NCBI RefSeq assembly: GCF_044324785.1
Contig: NZ_CP172127.1
Source of the DNA: Escherichia coli
Lineage (GTDB): Bacteria > Pseudomonadota > Gammaproteobacteria > Enterobacterales > Enterobacteriaceae
DNA length: 64,000 nt
Direction: 5' to 3' (one strand)
In this document: piece after piece, positions 1 through 13,916 of the stretch
Layout of the letters: each line of letters starts with the position of its first letter
How positions within the stretch are numbered: position 1 is the stretch's first letter
Made by a program: the position numbers and the translations under genes
The notes under the pieces: generated by a model
What the model was told of the DNA's origin: nothing
The model's input: only the letters and a program-made list of their open reading frames with translations
Databases searched by the model: none

Positions 1-3000
1 GTCAGGCCGCACGATGCCAGCCAGCGGCGGCTTTCCTCACTCACCCGGTCAGCCAGGATTTCACTTTCCAGCCGGTCGAGCATCTGCACCAGCACCGGCG
101 GGAACACCACACTGCCACCGTCTTCACCGCCGGACTGCTGAAGCGCATCCGCCAGGCTGCGGCGCTGCGTTTTCGCCAGCTCACCGGTGGCGGTTTCGAC
201 CCTGATGAGTGGCGTGAAGCTCCCCGGCTGATAAACCGTCTGGATGCGGGTTCTGTCGTTCTGTATCGTGGTCAGCCGGTCGCCGTCCCAGCCGTACCAG
301 GTCACTTCCGGTTTCCGTGACAGCGACATCCAGCCCGTCAGGTCCCGTTCACGCCGCCACACCCGTTTTGCCACCCTGCGGCCCAGCGGGTCGTAAAGAT
401 AGCGACTTTCGACCAGCGGCTCTGCATATTGTGTCCGCGTGTAGTGCACCAGCCGGTGCCGGCTGTCGTAATGATACCGGTGAGTCCGCTCATCATCCGT
501 GCGGATAACCCCTTCCGGGCTGAGGTCGGTTTTCTCCGTCAGCCTGCCGTGACGGTCATACCGGTAAAGATAGTGCGCGTCACGGGCGATACGGTTATCC
601 GGCCATGCGCTGAGGGGGCTGTCCGGGTGCAGCTCCGGGTCGGGCAGGCGGTTGCCCGCCGGGTCCGTGGCATACGGGATGCGGATATCAAGGTTCGCTG
701 CCGTGGTGTGGACGCCGGTCAGCCTGCCGGTGTCGCTGTAGCTGTAACTCCGGGTCTGGCGCGGGCTGCTGATGCGGATGAGTTCGCCGTTGTCGTTCCA
801 GGTGTAATCGCGGTCATACTGCAGGCTGTTCAGGTGCTGGCTCTGTAACTGCCCGGCAGGGGTGTAAGCGGTGGTGAGTTCATAACGGCCGAAGCTGCGC
901 AGCGTTTCCCGGTGCAGGCGGTCGCGGGTGAAATCCACCAGCGGTGTGTCGCCGAGTTTCATGCCTGACAGCCAGCCGCTGCCGTAGGTCAGCCATTCCA
1001 CGGCGGGCAGGCTGTCCGGTATACAGCGGTTCGCCAGTCCCTGCGCGTTGTAAGCGTGTCTGGTTTCATGCTGCCAGAGCAGTGCTTCCGTCTGCAGGTG
1101 ATGCACCGTCTGGCGCTCACCGGTCAGGCGGCCTTTCTCATCATACCCGTAATGCACCGTCACCCGGTGGCCTTCGCTGAGATGGCTGATGCCTGTCAGC
1201 CAGCCGCGTTCGTCATACTGCCACTGCTCTGCAGGTTCACCCTTCACGGTACGCTGCGTGATGCGGTCTGCTTCGTCATAGTGCCAGTGGGTGACCAGCC
1301 CCTCATCCTCGCTGCGGATAAGTTTGCCGGTCAGGTCGTGGTGATAACGCTGTGTGCGGCCGTCAAAGCCGGTTTCCTGTATCAGACGGTCAAGTACATC
1401 GTAACGGAAGGTGGTGTGGCTGCCGTTTTCACTGGTCAGGCGGATGACCCGTCCGGCAGCATCGTATTCCATACTGCGCGTCAGACCACCCTGCGTGGTA
1501 CGGATGGCCTTTCCCCACGTATCGTACTGTGTCCCGTTTCTGCTGCCGTCCGGGGCAATGACGGCGGTCAGGTCACCGGCGGCGTTGTATTCATACCGCG
1601 TTTCATGGCCCTGCATGTCTTTCACCGCAATTAACTGTCCACGGCTGTCGTATGCGCGGTACTGGCTCAGGCCTTCCTCGCGGTGCACCGCCGTCACCTG
1701 ACCAAAACGGTCATGGTCATAACGGGTTACATAACCGGAACAGTCAGTGACGGTCAGCAACTGACCGTAACGGCTCCATGTCATGGTTTTCCGGCTGCCG
1801 GTGGCATCTTCCGTTGCGCAGGGTAAGTCACTGTGTGGATTATCATAACGGTAGCGGGTGATATCGCCGTTGTGTGCGGTTTCCTGAATCAGACGGCCGG
1901 ATTCATCATATTCCCGGCGCAACTCCAGCCCGTCAGTCCCGGTGGCTGACGTTAACTGGTTGTGGTGGTTATAGTAAAACGCCGATGCCCTGCCATCCGG
2001 TGTGGTGATGCGCGTGATGAGTCCCGTCACCACATCCGGGCTGTACTCAGTCGTCCGGCCTGCGGCATCCGTCTGTGCCTTAAGCCTGCCCACCGCGTCA
2101 AACTGACTCTGCGTGACGCTGCCGTCCGCGTGTTCCTTTTTCACCACCCGCTTCAGCCCGCCTTCGCCCTGCGTGTGCAGGACTTCACGGCGGTCCAGGC
2201 TGTCGGTGATGGTGATGTGGTCTTTCTCATACTGATACGTGTAGCTTAAGCCTGCCGGGTTTAGCTGTTCTGTCACCCGCCCGTCACTGTCGTAACGGTA
2301 ACGGATTTCCGGCCGGCCCGTGTGACGGTGCGCCACCATCCGGCCCCGGTATTTATCATCGTAAGTAAAGCTGCGCACCTGTGTGCCGCTGCGGTCATAC
2401 ACCGCCGCCAGTTCGCCGCGTGGCGTCCAGCCATAGCGTACCAGCGGCGCGGCTGGCAGGTTGTCCGGATATTCCGGGTCGTGCGTCAGCCACACGGCAG
2501 ACAGACGGATGCCGTTGTCCCGGCCATATTCGGTGTAACCCGGCAGGGTATCAGGAAAAGCGGACGGTTCCGCCCCGCCGGAAATGGCCTGCTGCCGGGC
2601 CTCTTCTGCCCGCTGCGCCTGCGTGGTCAGTACCAGCCGGAAGTGACGCCCGGCACCATCCGTCACGCCGGTGATTTCGCCGCTGAATTCGCCGCCAGCC
2701 TCACGGTGGAACGTCTGTGTGCGCCCGAAGCGGTCCACCAGCCCGGTCAGTACCCGGTACGGCGGCAGCGGCGCGGGCAGCACCTCATCCGCCTCCGGCA
2801 CCCGCTCACACCAGCCGAGTACCCACCACGGCCCCTGCGGACTGTTTGTCGCCAGATAACGATGCGGACTCAGGCGAAGCTCTTCCGGCAGCGCCTGCCA
2901 GAGTGCGGCCAGCCGGTGACCTTCATCCAGTTTCGCCATGCCGCCGCGCACCAGCCAGAGTGACTCGCTGCGGCTGTAACCGTCCTCACCGGGAAACAGG

Positions 3001-3374
3001 TGCTCAAAATACAGGCTTCTGCCGCCGTTATCACTGAGTATCAGTGTGTTATCGCGCAGCTGTAAGCGGATATCCGCAGGCATTTTCCAGCCGGGGCCGA
3101 GGCTCCCCACCGGCGCGGGCGTTTTTGTCCGGTAACTGCTGTAGGTGCGGGAGAGGATGAACGGCAGCGGGCCGGGCAGGGCAAGGTCGGTTTCTCCGGG
3201 AAGGACCTTCGCACCGAGCAGCGGATTGACCGGATGGCCGGACGTCACCCCGCCGGGGCACACCGAACAGGCCACACCGGTGGGGGCACCGATGCGCACC
3301 CCGGCAGAACCCTGAACAATGCTACCGCCATACTGCGTCATGTCGCCCTGACGCGCCGCCGGTTTTCCGCTCAT
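1..3374 (-). CDS. rhsB: Rhs-family protein, N-terminus and YD-repeat core; gene runs off the window at position 1, so the C-terminal tip is not present
   Basis: Minus-strand ATG at 3374..3372 translates to [17 protein letters not shown], the conserved Rhs N-terminus. The frame stays open to the window edge, which is why it is absent from the stop-bounded ORF track. Position next to nikR matches the rhsB locus of K-12. Confidence 0.8.
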   Translation of the reverse strand, partial: MSGKPAARQGDMTQYGGSIVQGSAGVRIGAPTGVACSVCPGGVTSGHPVNPLLGAKVLPGETDLALPGPLPFILSRTYSSYRTKTPAPVGSLGPGWKMPADIRLQLRDNTLILSDNGGRSLYFEHLFPGEDGYSRSESLWLVRGGMAKLDEGHRLAALWQALPEELRLSPHRYLATNSPQGPWWVLGWCERVPEADEVLPAPLPPYRVLTGLVDRFGRTQTFHREAGGEFSGEITGVTDGAGRHFRLVLTTQAQRAEEARQQAISGGAEPSAFPDTLPGYTEYGRDNGIRLSAVWLTHDPEYPDNLPAAPLVRYGWTPRGELAAVYDRSGTQVRSFTYDDKYRGRMVAHRHTGRPEIRYRYDSDGRVTEQLNPAGLSYTYQYEKDHITITDSLDRREVLHTQGEGGLKRVVKKEHADGSVTQSQFDAVGRLKAQTDAAGRTTEYSPDVVTGLITRITTPDGRASAFYYNHHNQLTSATGTDGLELRREYDESGRLIQETAHNGDITRYRYDNPHSDLPCATEDATGSRKTMTWSRYGQLLTVTDCSGYVTRYDHDRFGQVTAVHREEGLSQYRAYDSRGQLIAVKDMQGHETRYEYNAAGDLTAVIAPDGSRNGTQYDTWGKAIRTTQGGLTRSMEYDAAGRVIRLTSENGSHTTFRYDVLDRLIQETGFDGRTQRYHHDLTGKLIRSEDEGLVTHWHYDEADRITQRTVKGEPAEQWQYDERGWLTGISHLSEGHRVTVHYGYDEKGRLTGERQTVHHLQTEALLWQHETRHAYNAQGLANRCIPDSLPAVEWLTYGSGWLSGMKLGDTPLVDFTRDRLHRETLRSFGRYELTTAYTPAGQLQSQHLNSLQYDRDYTWNDNGELIRISSPRQTRSYSYSDTGRLTGVHTTAANLDIRIPYATDPAGNRLPDPELHPDSPLSAWPDNRIARDAHYLYRYDRHGRLTEKTDLSPEGVIRTDDERTHRYHYDSRHRLVHYTRTQYAEPLVESRYLYDPLGRRVAKRVWRRERDLTGWMSLSRKPEVTWYGWDGDRLTTIQNDRTRIQTVYQPGSFTPLIRVETATGELAKTQRRSLADALQQSGGEDGGSVVFPPVLVQMLDRLESEILADRVSEESRRWLASCGL

Positions 3375-3576
3375 CGTAAAATCCTTTTCTATTATTTTAA
3401 TGACAGTATCTTCATACGAAAAAGCGAAGAAAAACTTGTGGTCACAATGAATTGAAGATTTTTAGGAATATATTTAGAACGTTACAAAAGAGAAGGTTCG
3501 GATAGGGTATTTAGAGAGGAATCAGGTGTGCTAGTGGCCCTTTGTTGATCGTTCACCAAAGGACCCAATAATAGGC

Positions 3577-6380
<2,804 letters not shown>

Positions 6381-6384
<4 letters not shown>

Positions 6385-7325
6385 GCGTGGGCTCCTTCAT
6401 GACGACGAATGCGCGGGTCCAGCGCGGCGTTGAGCAAATCGACAATCAAATTACAGACCACAAAAACCACCACCATCATCAGCGTAAAGCACTGGATCAC
6501 CGGATAGTCACGGTTAAAAATCGCCGACACCGCATAGCGCCCGACGCCCGGCCAGGCAAAGATGTTTTCGATAATCATCGTCCCGCCAATCAGTTCGCCA
6601 ATGTGCATCCCCACGGCGGTGATCATCGGCAGCGAGGCATTGCGCAGAATATGACGACGCTCGGTCTGTTTGTCATTCAGGCCGCGTAGCCGTGCCCAGG
6701 TGACGTGACGCTGACCGGCGACGTCCAGCATACTGGCGCGCAGCAGCCGCGCGTTAATCGCCAGCGACATAAAGGCAATGGAAACCGCAGGCAAAATGAT
6801 GTGCTGCCAGCCGCCGTAGCCCATCGCGGGTAGCCATTGCAGATATACCGAAAACGCCATCACCAGCAAAAACGCCAGCCAGAAGTTGGGCATCGATACG
6901 CCGAGAAACGCGATGAAACGTACGGCGAAATCCGGCAGACGATCGCGATGGCGCGCCGCCCAGATACCGAGCGGTACGGAAGTGAGCAGAATTAACACCA
7001 GCGCGGCACCTGCAAGTTCCAGCGTGGCGGGCAGGAAGTTCAGCATATCGTCCAGCACCGGGCGTTGGCTGGCGAATGAGATACCAAAGTCAAGATGCAG
7101 CGCCTTCCACAACCAGGTGCCGTACTGGACATACAGCGGCTGATCCAGCCCCAGCATGGTGCGTGTAGAGGCCAGCATCTCCGGCGTCGGCGGCAGGTTA
7201 GACAGACGCAGATAATCGAGCGCCGGGTCGCCGGTGCCGAGGCGCAGCATCAGAAAAATGATCACCGAGGCGGCGAGCACCATCGGGATCAGCAGCAGAA
7301 AGCGGCGTAATACGTAACGCAACAT
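6381..7325 (-). CDS. nikB: Nickel ABC transporter permease NikB
   Basis: 314-aa permease; 1-nt overlap with nikA stop. Confidence 0.92.
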
Positions 7326-8899
7326 TAAGGTTTCACCGGTTTAATCTGTTCGAACGGAATTTCGGTGGCGATCGGCGCGTAGGGGATGTTACCCAGCTCC
7401 GGTTTTGATACCACCATCATTGAGATGTAACTGATAGGCAGATAAACCGCCTCGTCATGCAGACGGGTCAGAATGTCGCGATACAGCGCCTGACGTTGCG
7501 TTTCGTCATGGGTTGCCAGCACTTCGCCGATCTCTTTATCAATCAGCGGCTTGTCGGCTAATCCTTGCTGTGCCTGGAAATCAGCGTGCGACGGTACGCG
7601 CATTGAACTCAGGAAGGCGTGTGGATCGTATGGCGCGCCCCAGGTGCGATGGAAAATCATGCCAAAACGACCGTCGCGCTGACGAGCATAGATACTGCTC
7701 TCTTCTTCGCCAATCAGTGAGACATCTGCGCCAATCTGGCGCATATCAGCCTGAATGATTTCCGCCATCGATTTGCTTAACGCATCGGTGCCGATGAACG
7801 ACAGTTCAATGCGCAGCGGCTGACCATTTTTCTCGCGGATGTCTTTGCCCGCAGGCAACGTCCAACCGGCTTTTTCCAGCAACGCTTTCGCTTTCTGCGG
7901 ATCGTACTGGCGCGGTTTCAGGCCGAGGTTGGCATAGGGCACAGAAGGAGCAAACAGGGTGTCGGCGACCTGCTGGGTGCCATACAACGCGTTATCAATC
8001 AGCGATTTTTTGTTTACCGCGTAATTGAGTGCTTCACGTACGGCCAGCTCGTTGGTGGGGGCTTTGGCGGTATTGAGTGCCAGCATCACGGTTTCGATCG
8101 GCTGTGACAGTTGGGTGTGGTAAGCCGGATTCTGGCTAAAGCGAGCGAAGGTATCGAGCGGTAATAACCCTTCGTTTCCGTACAGCAGGTCGATATCGCC
8201 AGTTTCAAACGCCACCGCGCGGGTAGTCGGGTCCGGGATGACGTTAAAAGTGATCTTCTTAATCGCCGGCTTCTCGCCCCAGTAGTTTTCGTTACGGACA
8301 AAGACATCGTACTGATTCAGTTTCGATTCCTGCAAAACCCACGGCCCGGTGCCAATTGGCGCTTTAATCCCGTTCATGGTTTCGTGGTTTTTAAACTGCG
8401 AGGGGGCGATAAAACGGAAAGGACGGGGCAGGGCCAGTTCTTGCAGGAAAGGATAGTAGGCGCTTTTCAGGGTGATTTGCAGCTCTGTTTTACTGAGTGC
8501 TTTGACATCAACAATCTGGTTTGCCAGCTCCAGCCAGGCGTGACGTTGACGGTTATCGAGCACTGCGCGGAAGTTTTCTGCCGCCGCCTCTGCATCAAAC
8601 GGTTCGCCGTTGGAGAATTTCACGTCATCACGCAGGGTGAAGGTCCAGGTTTTACCATCTTCTGAATGAGTCCAGCTTTTTGCCAGCCACGGGATCACCG
8701 AACCGTCTGCCTGATATTTCACCAGCGGTTCATAAACCATGCTCTGGGCGAACATCTGGTTAGGCGTGTAAAGGTGCGGGTTTAGTGGCCCGACATTCAC
8801 CGGCCAGGCGGTGGTGATTTCATCTGGTGCAGCGGCATGGACGATAAAAGACGCACAAGCCAGCAGCGCAAATAGAGTGCGGCGGAGTGTGGAGAGCAT
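7325..8899 (-). CDS. nikA: Periplasmic nickel-binding protein NikA
   Basis: 524 aa with signal peptide ([25 protein letters not shown]); family 5 solute-binding protein; first gene of nikABCDE. Confidence 0.93.
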
Positions 8900-8936
8900 G
8901 GTAACCCCAATGGATTAAAATAGATGGCGGAAATAA

Positions 8937-8964
8937 GTATGACGATTTTAAGTATTCGTCATAC
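8937..8964 (-). promoter_or_regulatory. NikR operator in the nikA promoter (GTATGA-N16-TCATAC)
   Basis: Perfect GTATGA at 8937..8942 and TCATAC at 8959..8964 separated by 16 nt, about 40 bp upstream of the nikA start codon. Confidence 0.8.
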
Positions 8965-8971
8965 TGATAAC

Positions 8972-8985
8972 CTGTTCTGGATCAA
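8972..8985 (-). promoter_or_regulatory. FNR-like site upstream of nikA
   Basis: On the nik-coding strand the site reads TTGAT-CCAG-AACAG: one perfect FNR half-site plus a degenerate partner, upstream of the NikR operator. nik is known to be FNR-activated. Confidence 0.45.
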
Positions 8986-9009
8986 AAGATGGACAGTCGG
9001 GTGGGCGGA

Positions 9010-9597
9010 TCAGTTAACTGAATCGATCCATTGCACACTGTCGGCGGAGAGCGTAAAGGGGGTGGGAGTGCAGATCGCCAGGCTTAAATTATCAAGCTGG
9101 CAATGGCTGACCGACAGTGATGACTGATAGGTGCTGTCTACGCTGACGATTTGCCAGGCGCTGCCGCCACGTTGTTTAACGATGGCTTCTTTGCGTGTCC
9201 AGATGCGCCAGAACATTTCCAGTTGCTGATCAGGATGCACGGCGTCCATCTCAGCGTGTTCCCCGAGGCTGAACACGGCGTTCGCCAGCCAACGCCAGTT
9301 GGCGCGCGGGCGAATCACTTCGATATCGCAGCCGACTTCGCCTTCATCGCTCAACAGCAGGGCGATATCGTCACCGCTATGGCTTAAGTTGAACCATAGC
9401 GGCGTTTCCGGCGCGAATGCCGGTTTGCCTTGTTCGCCATAGATGATCTCCGGTAGCGGGGAAAGCGTGTGCGAAAGCAATGCACGCCCCGCCAGCCAGC
9501 GTTCGCGTCGTGGACCTTGCGGTGCTTGCTCGCGTAAACCCGGTGGCAGTGGAGCTGCGCTTAAGGTCGAAACTTTCCCCAGAACTATCCGATACAT
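9010..9597 (-). CDS. acpT: Holo-ACP synthase 2 (4'-phosphopantetheinyl transferase)
   Basis: 195-aa ORF of the expected length, located between yhhT and nikA as in K-12. Confidence 0.85.
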   Translation of the reverse strand: MYRIVLGKVSTLSAAPLPPGLREQAPQGPRRERWLAGRALLSHTLSPLPEIIYGEQGKPAFAPETPLWFNLSHSGDDIALLLSDEGEVGCDIEVIRPRANWRWLANAVFSLGEHAEMDAVHPDQQLEMFWRIWTRKEAIVKQRGGSAWQIVSVDSTYQSSLSVSHCQLDNLSLAICTPTPFTLSADSVQWIDSVN

Positions 9598-9651
9598 ATC
9601 AGGGCCAACGTTTAATGGAAAATGAAAGTGCGTATCGTATCACTTGTCGCC

Positions 9652-10701
9652 TCATCCCGGTAACCGACTTTTCGGTCTGCCTGGCCCCAGTAAAATCGCC
9701 AGTTTGCTACCGCCTTTCGTAGTTTCCATCCAGATTTTACACACGCTGGTTAATGGCACCGAAAGTAGCATCCCTACCGGGCCGAGCAGCCATCCCCAAA
9801 TTAACAATGAAAGAAATACCACCATGGTGGACATCCCCAGGCGATGGCCCATCATCCGTGGTTCTAAAATATTGCCGATGACCATATGGACAACTAAAAA
9901 CAATGCGCCGACCAGAATACATTCGTAAATACCATTAAACAGCAGCACCTGAATCATTGGCGGTACGGCGGAAATTACCGCGCCGATATTGGGCACGTAG
10001 TTGAGCAAAAACGCCAGTACTGCCCACATCAGCGCAAACTGTACGCCCATTAGCGCCAGCCCCAGCCAGACGATTACGCCTGTCCATAAACTTAGTAGCG
10101 TCTTTAACGCCAGATAATGCGAAACACCTTTTAAGGCGCGGTGTAGTCCGGCGATGTGAATCTGTGGATTATTCAACGCAAAACGCATTTTGTAAGGGAC
10201 GTGGCGCACTTCAAACAGCATGAAAACTACGGTCATCACCAGCAAAAGCACGCTCGCCATTGCCCCGGAAAGCCCGGTCATTAGCGCCGTGGTGAAGGTA
10301 ACCACTTTTTCCGAGTCCATCCGCTGCAGCATTCGCTCCGGTGACATATGCAAATTAAGAAAAGGCAACATCTCCTGCAATTTAAAAAGTTTGCGCGTCA
10401 GCTCCTTATTAAACTTCGGCAGCATAGAGATAAATTCGTTAAACGATGCCGCCAGTACGCCGACCAGCGCAGTTAGTGCGATCAGCATCACCACCACCAC
10501 AATCGTAATGGCAACGGGGCGTTGTACTCCCCGACGAATAAACCAGGTGACGAGCGGGTTGAGGACGATGGCAAAAAACAGCGCCAGTAACAGCTGCACA
10601 ATGATATCTGCCGCTGCGTGAATGCCCGCGAGGATCACTACCAGCGAGGCCAGCTTGAGCAGAATGTGCATGCCCGTTTTATCGGGTTGAGGGGTTTCCA
10701 T
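9652..10701 (-). CDS. yhhT: AI-2E family inner-membrane transporter YhhT
   Basis: Supplied ORF is 376 aa; the internal Met at 10701 (METPQPDKTG) gives the 349-aa product I expect. Multi-pass membrane protein. Confidence 0.85.
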   Translation of the reverse strand: METPQPDKTGMHILLKLASLVVILAGIHAAADIIVQLLLALFFAIVLNPLVTWFIRRGVQRPVAITIVVVVMLIALTALVGVLAASFNEFISMLPKFNKELTRKLFKLQEMLPFLNLHMSPERMLQRMDSEKVVTFTTALMTGLSGAMASVLLLVMTVVFMLFEVRHVPYKMRFALNNPQIHIAGLHRALKGVSHYLALKTLLSLWTGVIVWLGLALMGVQFALMWAVLAFLLNYVPNIGAVISAVPPMIQVLLFNGIYECILVGALFLVVHMVIGNILEPRMMGHRLGMSTMVVFLSLLIWGWLLGPVGMLLSVPLTSVCKIWMETTKGGSKLAILLGPGRPKSRLPG

Positions 10702-10832
10702 TGGGGCTTCCTTGTGACTTTTTGTATTAAGTGTAGCGGGAGTCACGCCAGCAATATTCTGATTCTTACTGCTGATTTTCACGTCAGCACGTGGTAAAAA
10801 TGAAACACTGTTGTAAAAATGTGGTGATCCTC

Positions 10833-12050
10833 ATGCCCGAACCCGTAGCCGAACCCGCGCTAAACGGATTGCGCCTGAATTTGCGCATTGTCTCTATAGT
10901 CATGTTTAACTTCGCCAGCTACCTCACCATCGGGTTGCCGCTCGCTGTATTACCGGGCTATGTCCATGATGTGATGGGCTTTAGCGCTTTTTGGGCAGGA
11001 TTGGTTATCAGCCTGCAATATTTCGCCACCTTGCTGAGCCGCCCTCATGCCGGACGTTACGCCGATTTGCTGGGACCCAAAAAGATTGTCGTCTTCGGTT
11101 TATGCGGCTGCTTTTTGAGCGGTCTGGGATATCTGACGGCAGGATTAACCGCCAGTCTGCCCGTCATCAGCCTGTTATTACTGTGCCTGGGGCGCGTGAT
11201 TCTTGGGATTGGGCAAAGTTTTGCCGGAACGGGATCGACCCTGTGGGGCGTTGGCGTGGTTGGTTCGCTGCATATCGGGCGGGTGATTTCGTGGAACGGC
11301 ATTGTCACTTACGGGGCGATGGCGATGGGTGCGCCGTTAGGTGTCGTGTTTTATCACTGGGGCGGCTTGCAGGCGTTAGCGTTAATCATCATGGGCGTGG
11401 CGCTGGTGGCCATTTTGTTGGCGATCCCGCGTCCGACGGTAAAAGCCAGTAAAGGCAAACCGCTGCCGTTTCGCGCGGTGCTTGGGCGCGTCTGGCTGTA
11501 CGGCATGGCGCTGGCACTGGCTTCCGCCGGATTTGGCGTTATCGCCACTTTTATCACGCTGTTTTATGACGCTAAAGGTTGGGACGGTGCGGCTTTCGCG
11601 TTGACGCTGTTTAGCTGTGCGTTTGTCGGTACCCGTTTGTTATTTCCTAATGGCATTAACCGTATCGGCGGCTTAAACGTGGCGATGATTTGCTTTAGCG
11701 TTGAGACAATCGGCCTGCTACTGGTTGGCGTGGCGACTATGCCGTGGATGGCGAAAATCGGCGTCTTACTCGCGGGGGCGGGGTTTTCGCTGGTGTTCCC
11801 GGCATTGGGCGTAGTGGCGGTAAAAGCGGTTCCGCAGCAAAATCAGGGGGCGGCGCTGGCAACTTACACCGTATTTATGGATTTATCGCTTGGCGTGACC
11901 GGACCACTGGCTGGGCTGGTGATGAGTTGGGCGGGCGTCCCGGTGATTTATCTGGCGGCGGCGGGACTGGTCGCAATCGCGTTATTACTGACGTGGCGAT
12001 TAAAAAAACGGCCTCCGGTGGAAGTACCTGAGGCCATCTCATCATCTTAA
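10833..12050 (+). CDS. yhhS: MFS transporter YhhS
   Basis: Start placed at MPEPVAEPALNG, internal to the 419-aa ORF, giving 405 aa; 12-TM MFS-like hydrophobicity. Confidence 0.85.
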   Translation: MPEPVAEPALNGLRLNLRIVSIVMFNFASYLTIGLPLAVLPGYVHDVMGFSAFWAGLVISLQYFATLLSRPHAGRYADLLGPKKIVVFGLCGCFLSGLGYLTAGLTASLPVISLLLLCLGRVILGIGQSFAGTGSTLWGVGVVGSLHIGRVISWNGIVTYGAMAMGAPLGVVFYHWGGLQALALIIMGVALVAILLAIPRPTVKASKGKPLPFRAVLGRVWLYGMALALASAGFGVIATFITLFYDAKGWDGAAFALTLFSCAFVGTRLLFPNGINRIGGLNVAMICFSVETIGLLLVGVATMPWMAKIGVLLAGAGFSLVFPALGVVAVKAVPQQNQGAALATYTVFMDLSLGVTGPLAGLVMSWAGVPVIYLAAAGLVAIALLLTWRLKKRPPVEVPEAISSS

Positions 12051-12053
12051 AAC

Positions 12054-12611
12054 TTACTGAATAACCAGCGTATTAATGATGTTTTCTGCGGTGGTCTGTG
12101 CTTTTTGCTGATCGTCAGCTGGCAGCGTAATTTGCATGGTCAGCAGTTGGTTACCCACGTTACCCAGAATAACGGAAGAGTACGCCGTCTGGCCTTTCGC
12201 GGAGATAATGCTGTCTAACTGCTGCATTTTGTGACCTTTCAGCTCAATGGCTTTATTGGTTACCACTTGCAGCTGCGGATCGCGGCTACGTTGCTGATCT
12301 TCCAGGCGCTTCGCCAGCACCGCCAGATCTTCTTTCGGATCATCGCCCATGATGACGATGACTGCTTTTTGCCCGGTGGCGTCGGACCAGACATGCATGT
12401 TATTAGCCTGCGTTCCCAGCTTACCGCTCTGGTCGGTCATATCCGCTGGCAGCGAGAAACTTAACTTGCCATCAAGCAGGTTGACGGGATTCCCGGTAGC
12501 GTTACTTTCCGCGACCGAACCCTGCGCCGTAGCGTTAGTGTCTTTATCATCACAGGCCGCAAGCCCCATAACCAGCAGGCCAATTCCGACATATTTAACC
12601 AGATTGCGCAT
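12054..12611 (-). CDS. dcrB: Periplasmic lipoprotein DcrB
   Basis: Start at [20 protein letters not shown] (lipobox LAAC), internal to the 203-aa ORF, giving 185 aa. Confidence 0.85.
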
Positions 12612-12683
12612 TGACTTCTTCCTTTCGATAAACGGCCATAACGGCTCATTCATCCATCTTATCACAACTCTGATAACGAACCT

Positions 12684-13349
12684 TTAACTCGCCTGCAAAG
12701 CGTTGATTTCGGATTTATCTGCCAGTCTTTTCAACAGCATATTGAGTAATACACCATACATTGGTAGGAAGAAAACGATACTGATTAACACTTTGAAACA
12801 GTAATCGACCAGCGCGATTTCCATCCAGTGTTCAGCCATAAAGGCATCCGGGCTACGCCAGAAGGCAATGAAGAAAAAGGCCAGCGTGTCGCTGACGTTA
12901 CCGAACAGTGTGGAAGCCGTCGGTGCCAGCCACCAGCGGCGACTCTGACGCAGGCGGTTAAAAACGTGCACGTCGAGGATTTGCCCCAGCGCGTAGGCCA
13001 TGAAACTGGCGGTGGCGATACGGGCGACAAACAGGTTGAAGTGGGCGAGCGCGCCGAATCCCTGCCAGGAACCCATATAGAACAGCGACGAGATGACGTA
13101 GGAGATCAGTAACGCCGGGATCATCACCGCAAAGATGATACGACGGGCCAGCGGTGCGCCAAAAATACGCACAGTCAGGTCGGTAGCAAGGAAAATAAAC
13201 GGAAAGCTAAACGCGCCCCAGGTGGTATGGAAACCAAAAATGGAGATGGGAAGCTGAACCAGATAGTTACTGGAGGTGATCACCAGAAGATGAAATAACG
13301 ATAACCAGAACAACGCCTTATAGCGTTGAGTTTGCGAGAAAACGTTCAT
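12684..13349 (-). CDS. yhhQ: Queuosine-precursor transporter YhhQ
   Basis: 221-aa polytopic membrane protein between dcrB and tusA. Confidence 0.85.
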   Translation of the reverse strand: MNVFSQTQRYKALFWLSLFHLLVITSSNYLVQLPISIFGFHTTWGAFSFPFIFLATDLTVRIFGAPLARRIIFAVMIPALLISYVISSLFYMGSWQGFGALAHFNLFVARIATASFMAYALGQILDVHVFNRLRQSRRWWLAPTASTLFGNVSDTLAFFFIAFWRSPDAFMAEHWMEIALVDYCFKVLISIVFFLPMYGVLLNMLLKRLADKSEINALQAS

Positions 13350-13569
13350 ATTGTACCTTTTTGATTAACCATTGGGGTGAGGGAACCCAATACGTACGAC
13401 ACGTCTGTTACCTTAACATAATAACGTGCTGACCCTTTTTTCGAGCCGCCGCATGATACTGCTTTACGTTGACAATGCAATGGTTAATTTTCACGCAATC
13501 GTTAACCTGGTTTGCTTACGGACTCACAGGGCGTAAACTAGCGCCGTTTTTTTATGTGATGAGAAGAAA

Positions 13570-13815
13570 ATGACCGATCTCTTTTCCAGCCCTGACCACA
13601 CACTCGACGCACTTGGCCTGCGCTGCCCGGAACCAGTAATGATGGTGCGCAAAACAGTGCGCAATATGCAGCCAGGTGAAACGTTGCTGATTATTGCTGA
13701 CGATCCGGCGACGACCCGCGATATTCCTGGGTTTTGTACCTTTATGGAACACGAACTGGTTGCTAAAGAGACGGATGGACTGCCTTATCGTTATTTGATT
13801 CGTAAAGGCGGTTGA
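13570..13815 (+). CDS. tusA: Sulfur-carrier protein TusA
   Basis: 81 aa containing the conserved CPEP motif ([12 protein letters not shown]). Confidence 0.92.
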
Positions 13816-13844
13816 TGGGGGAAGATTGGCTTCGATGCCGCCTT

Positions 13845-13883
13845 TTCCCCTCACCCTAACCCTCTCCCCAGAGGAGCGAGGGG
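13845..13883. repeat. GC-rich intergenic repeat, partial copy of the family seen at 32405..32551
   Basis: CCCCTCACCCTAACCCTCTCCCC...GAGGGGACCGATCG is shared almost base-for-base with the ugpB-ugpA intergenic element. Confidence 0.5.
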
Positions 13884-13911
13884 ACCGATCGCGCTCAATG
13901 TTGCGATCGGT
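13884..13911. terminator. Hairpin between convergent tusA and zntA
   Basis: ACCGATCGC / GCGATCGGT 9-bp inverted repeat with a 10-nt loop, lying between the two convergent stop codons. Confidence 0.45.
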
Positions 13912-13916
13912 TTGCC

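Noticed and set aside
14-3455. Numerous plus-strand ORFs of 60 to 213 aa (for example 429..848, 1056..1634, 2322..2963)
   Set aside because: They lie antisense to the uninterrupted minus-strand Rhs reading frame. GC-rich repeat-coding DNA gives long stop-free antisense frames, and their products are low-complexity Arg/Pro/Ala-rich.
10791-10832. Upstream in-frame extensions of known genes in the ORF track (yhhS; similarly yhhT, dcrB, ftsX, livJ, livK, livF, ugpC, ggt, yhhY, asd, glgC)
   Set aside because: The longest-ORF starts add residues not present in the recognised proteins; the internal Met codons give the expected lengths and better Shine-Dalgarno spacing or coupling.
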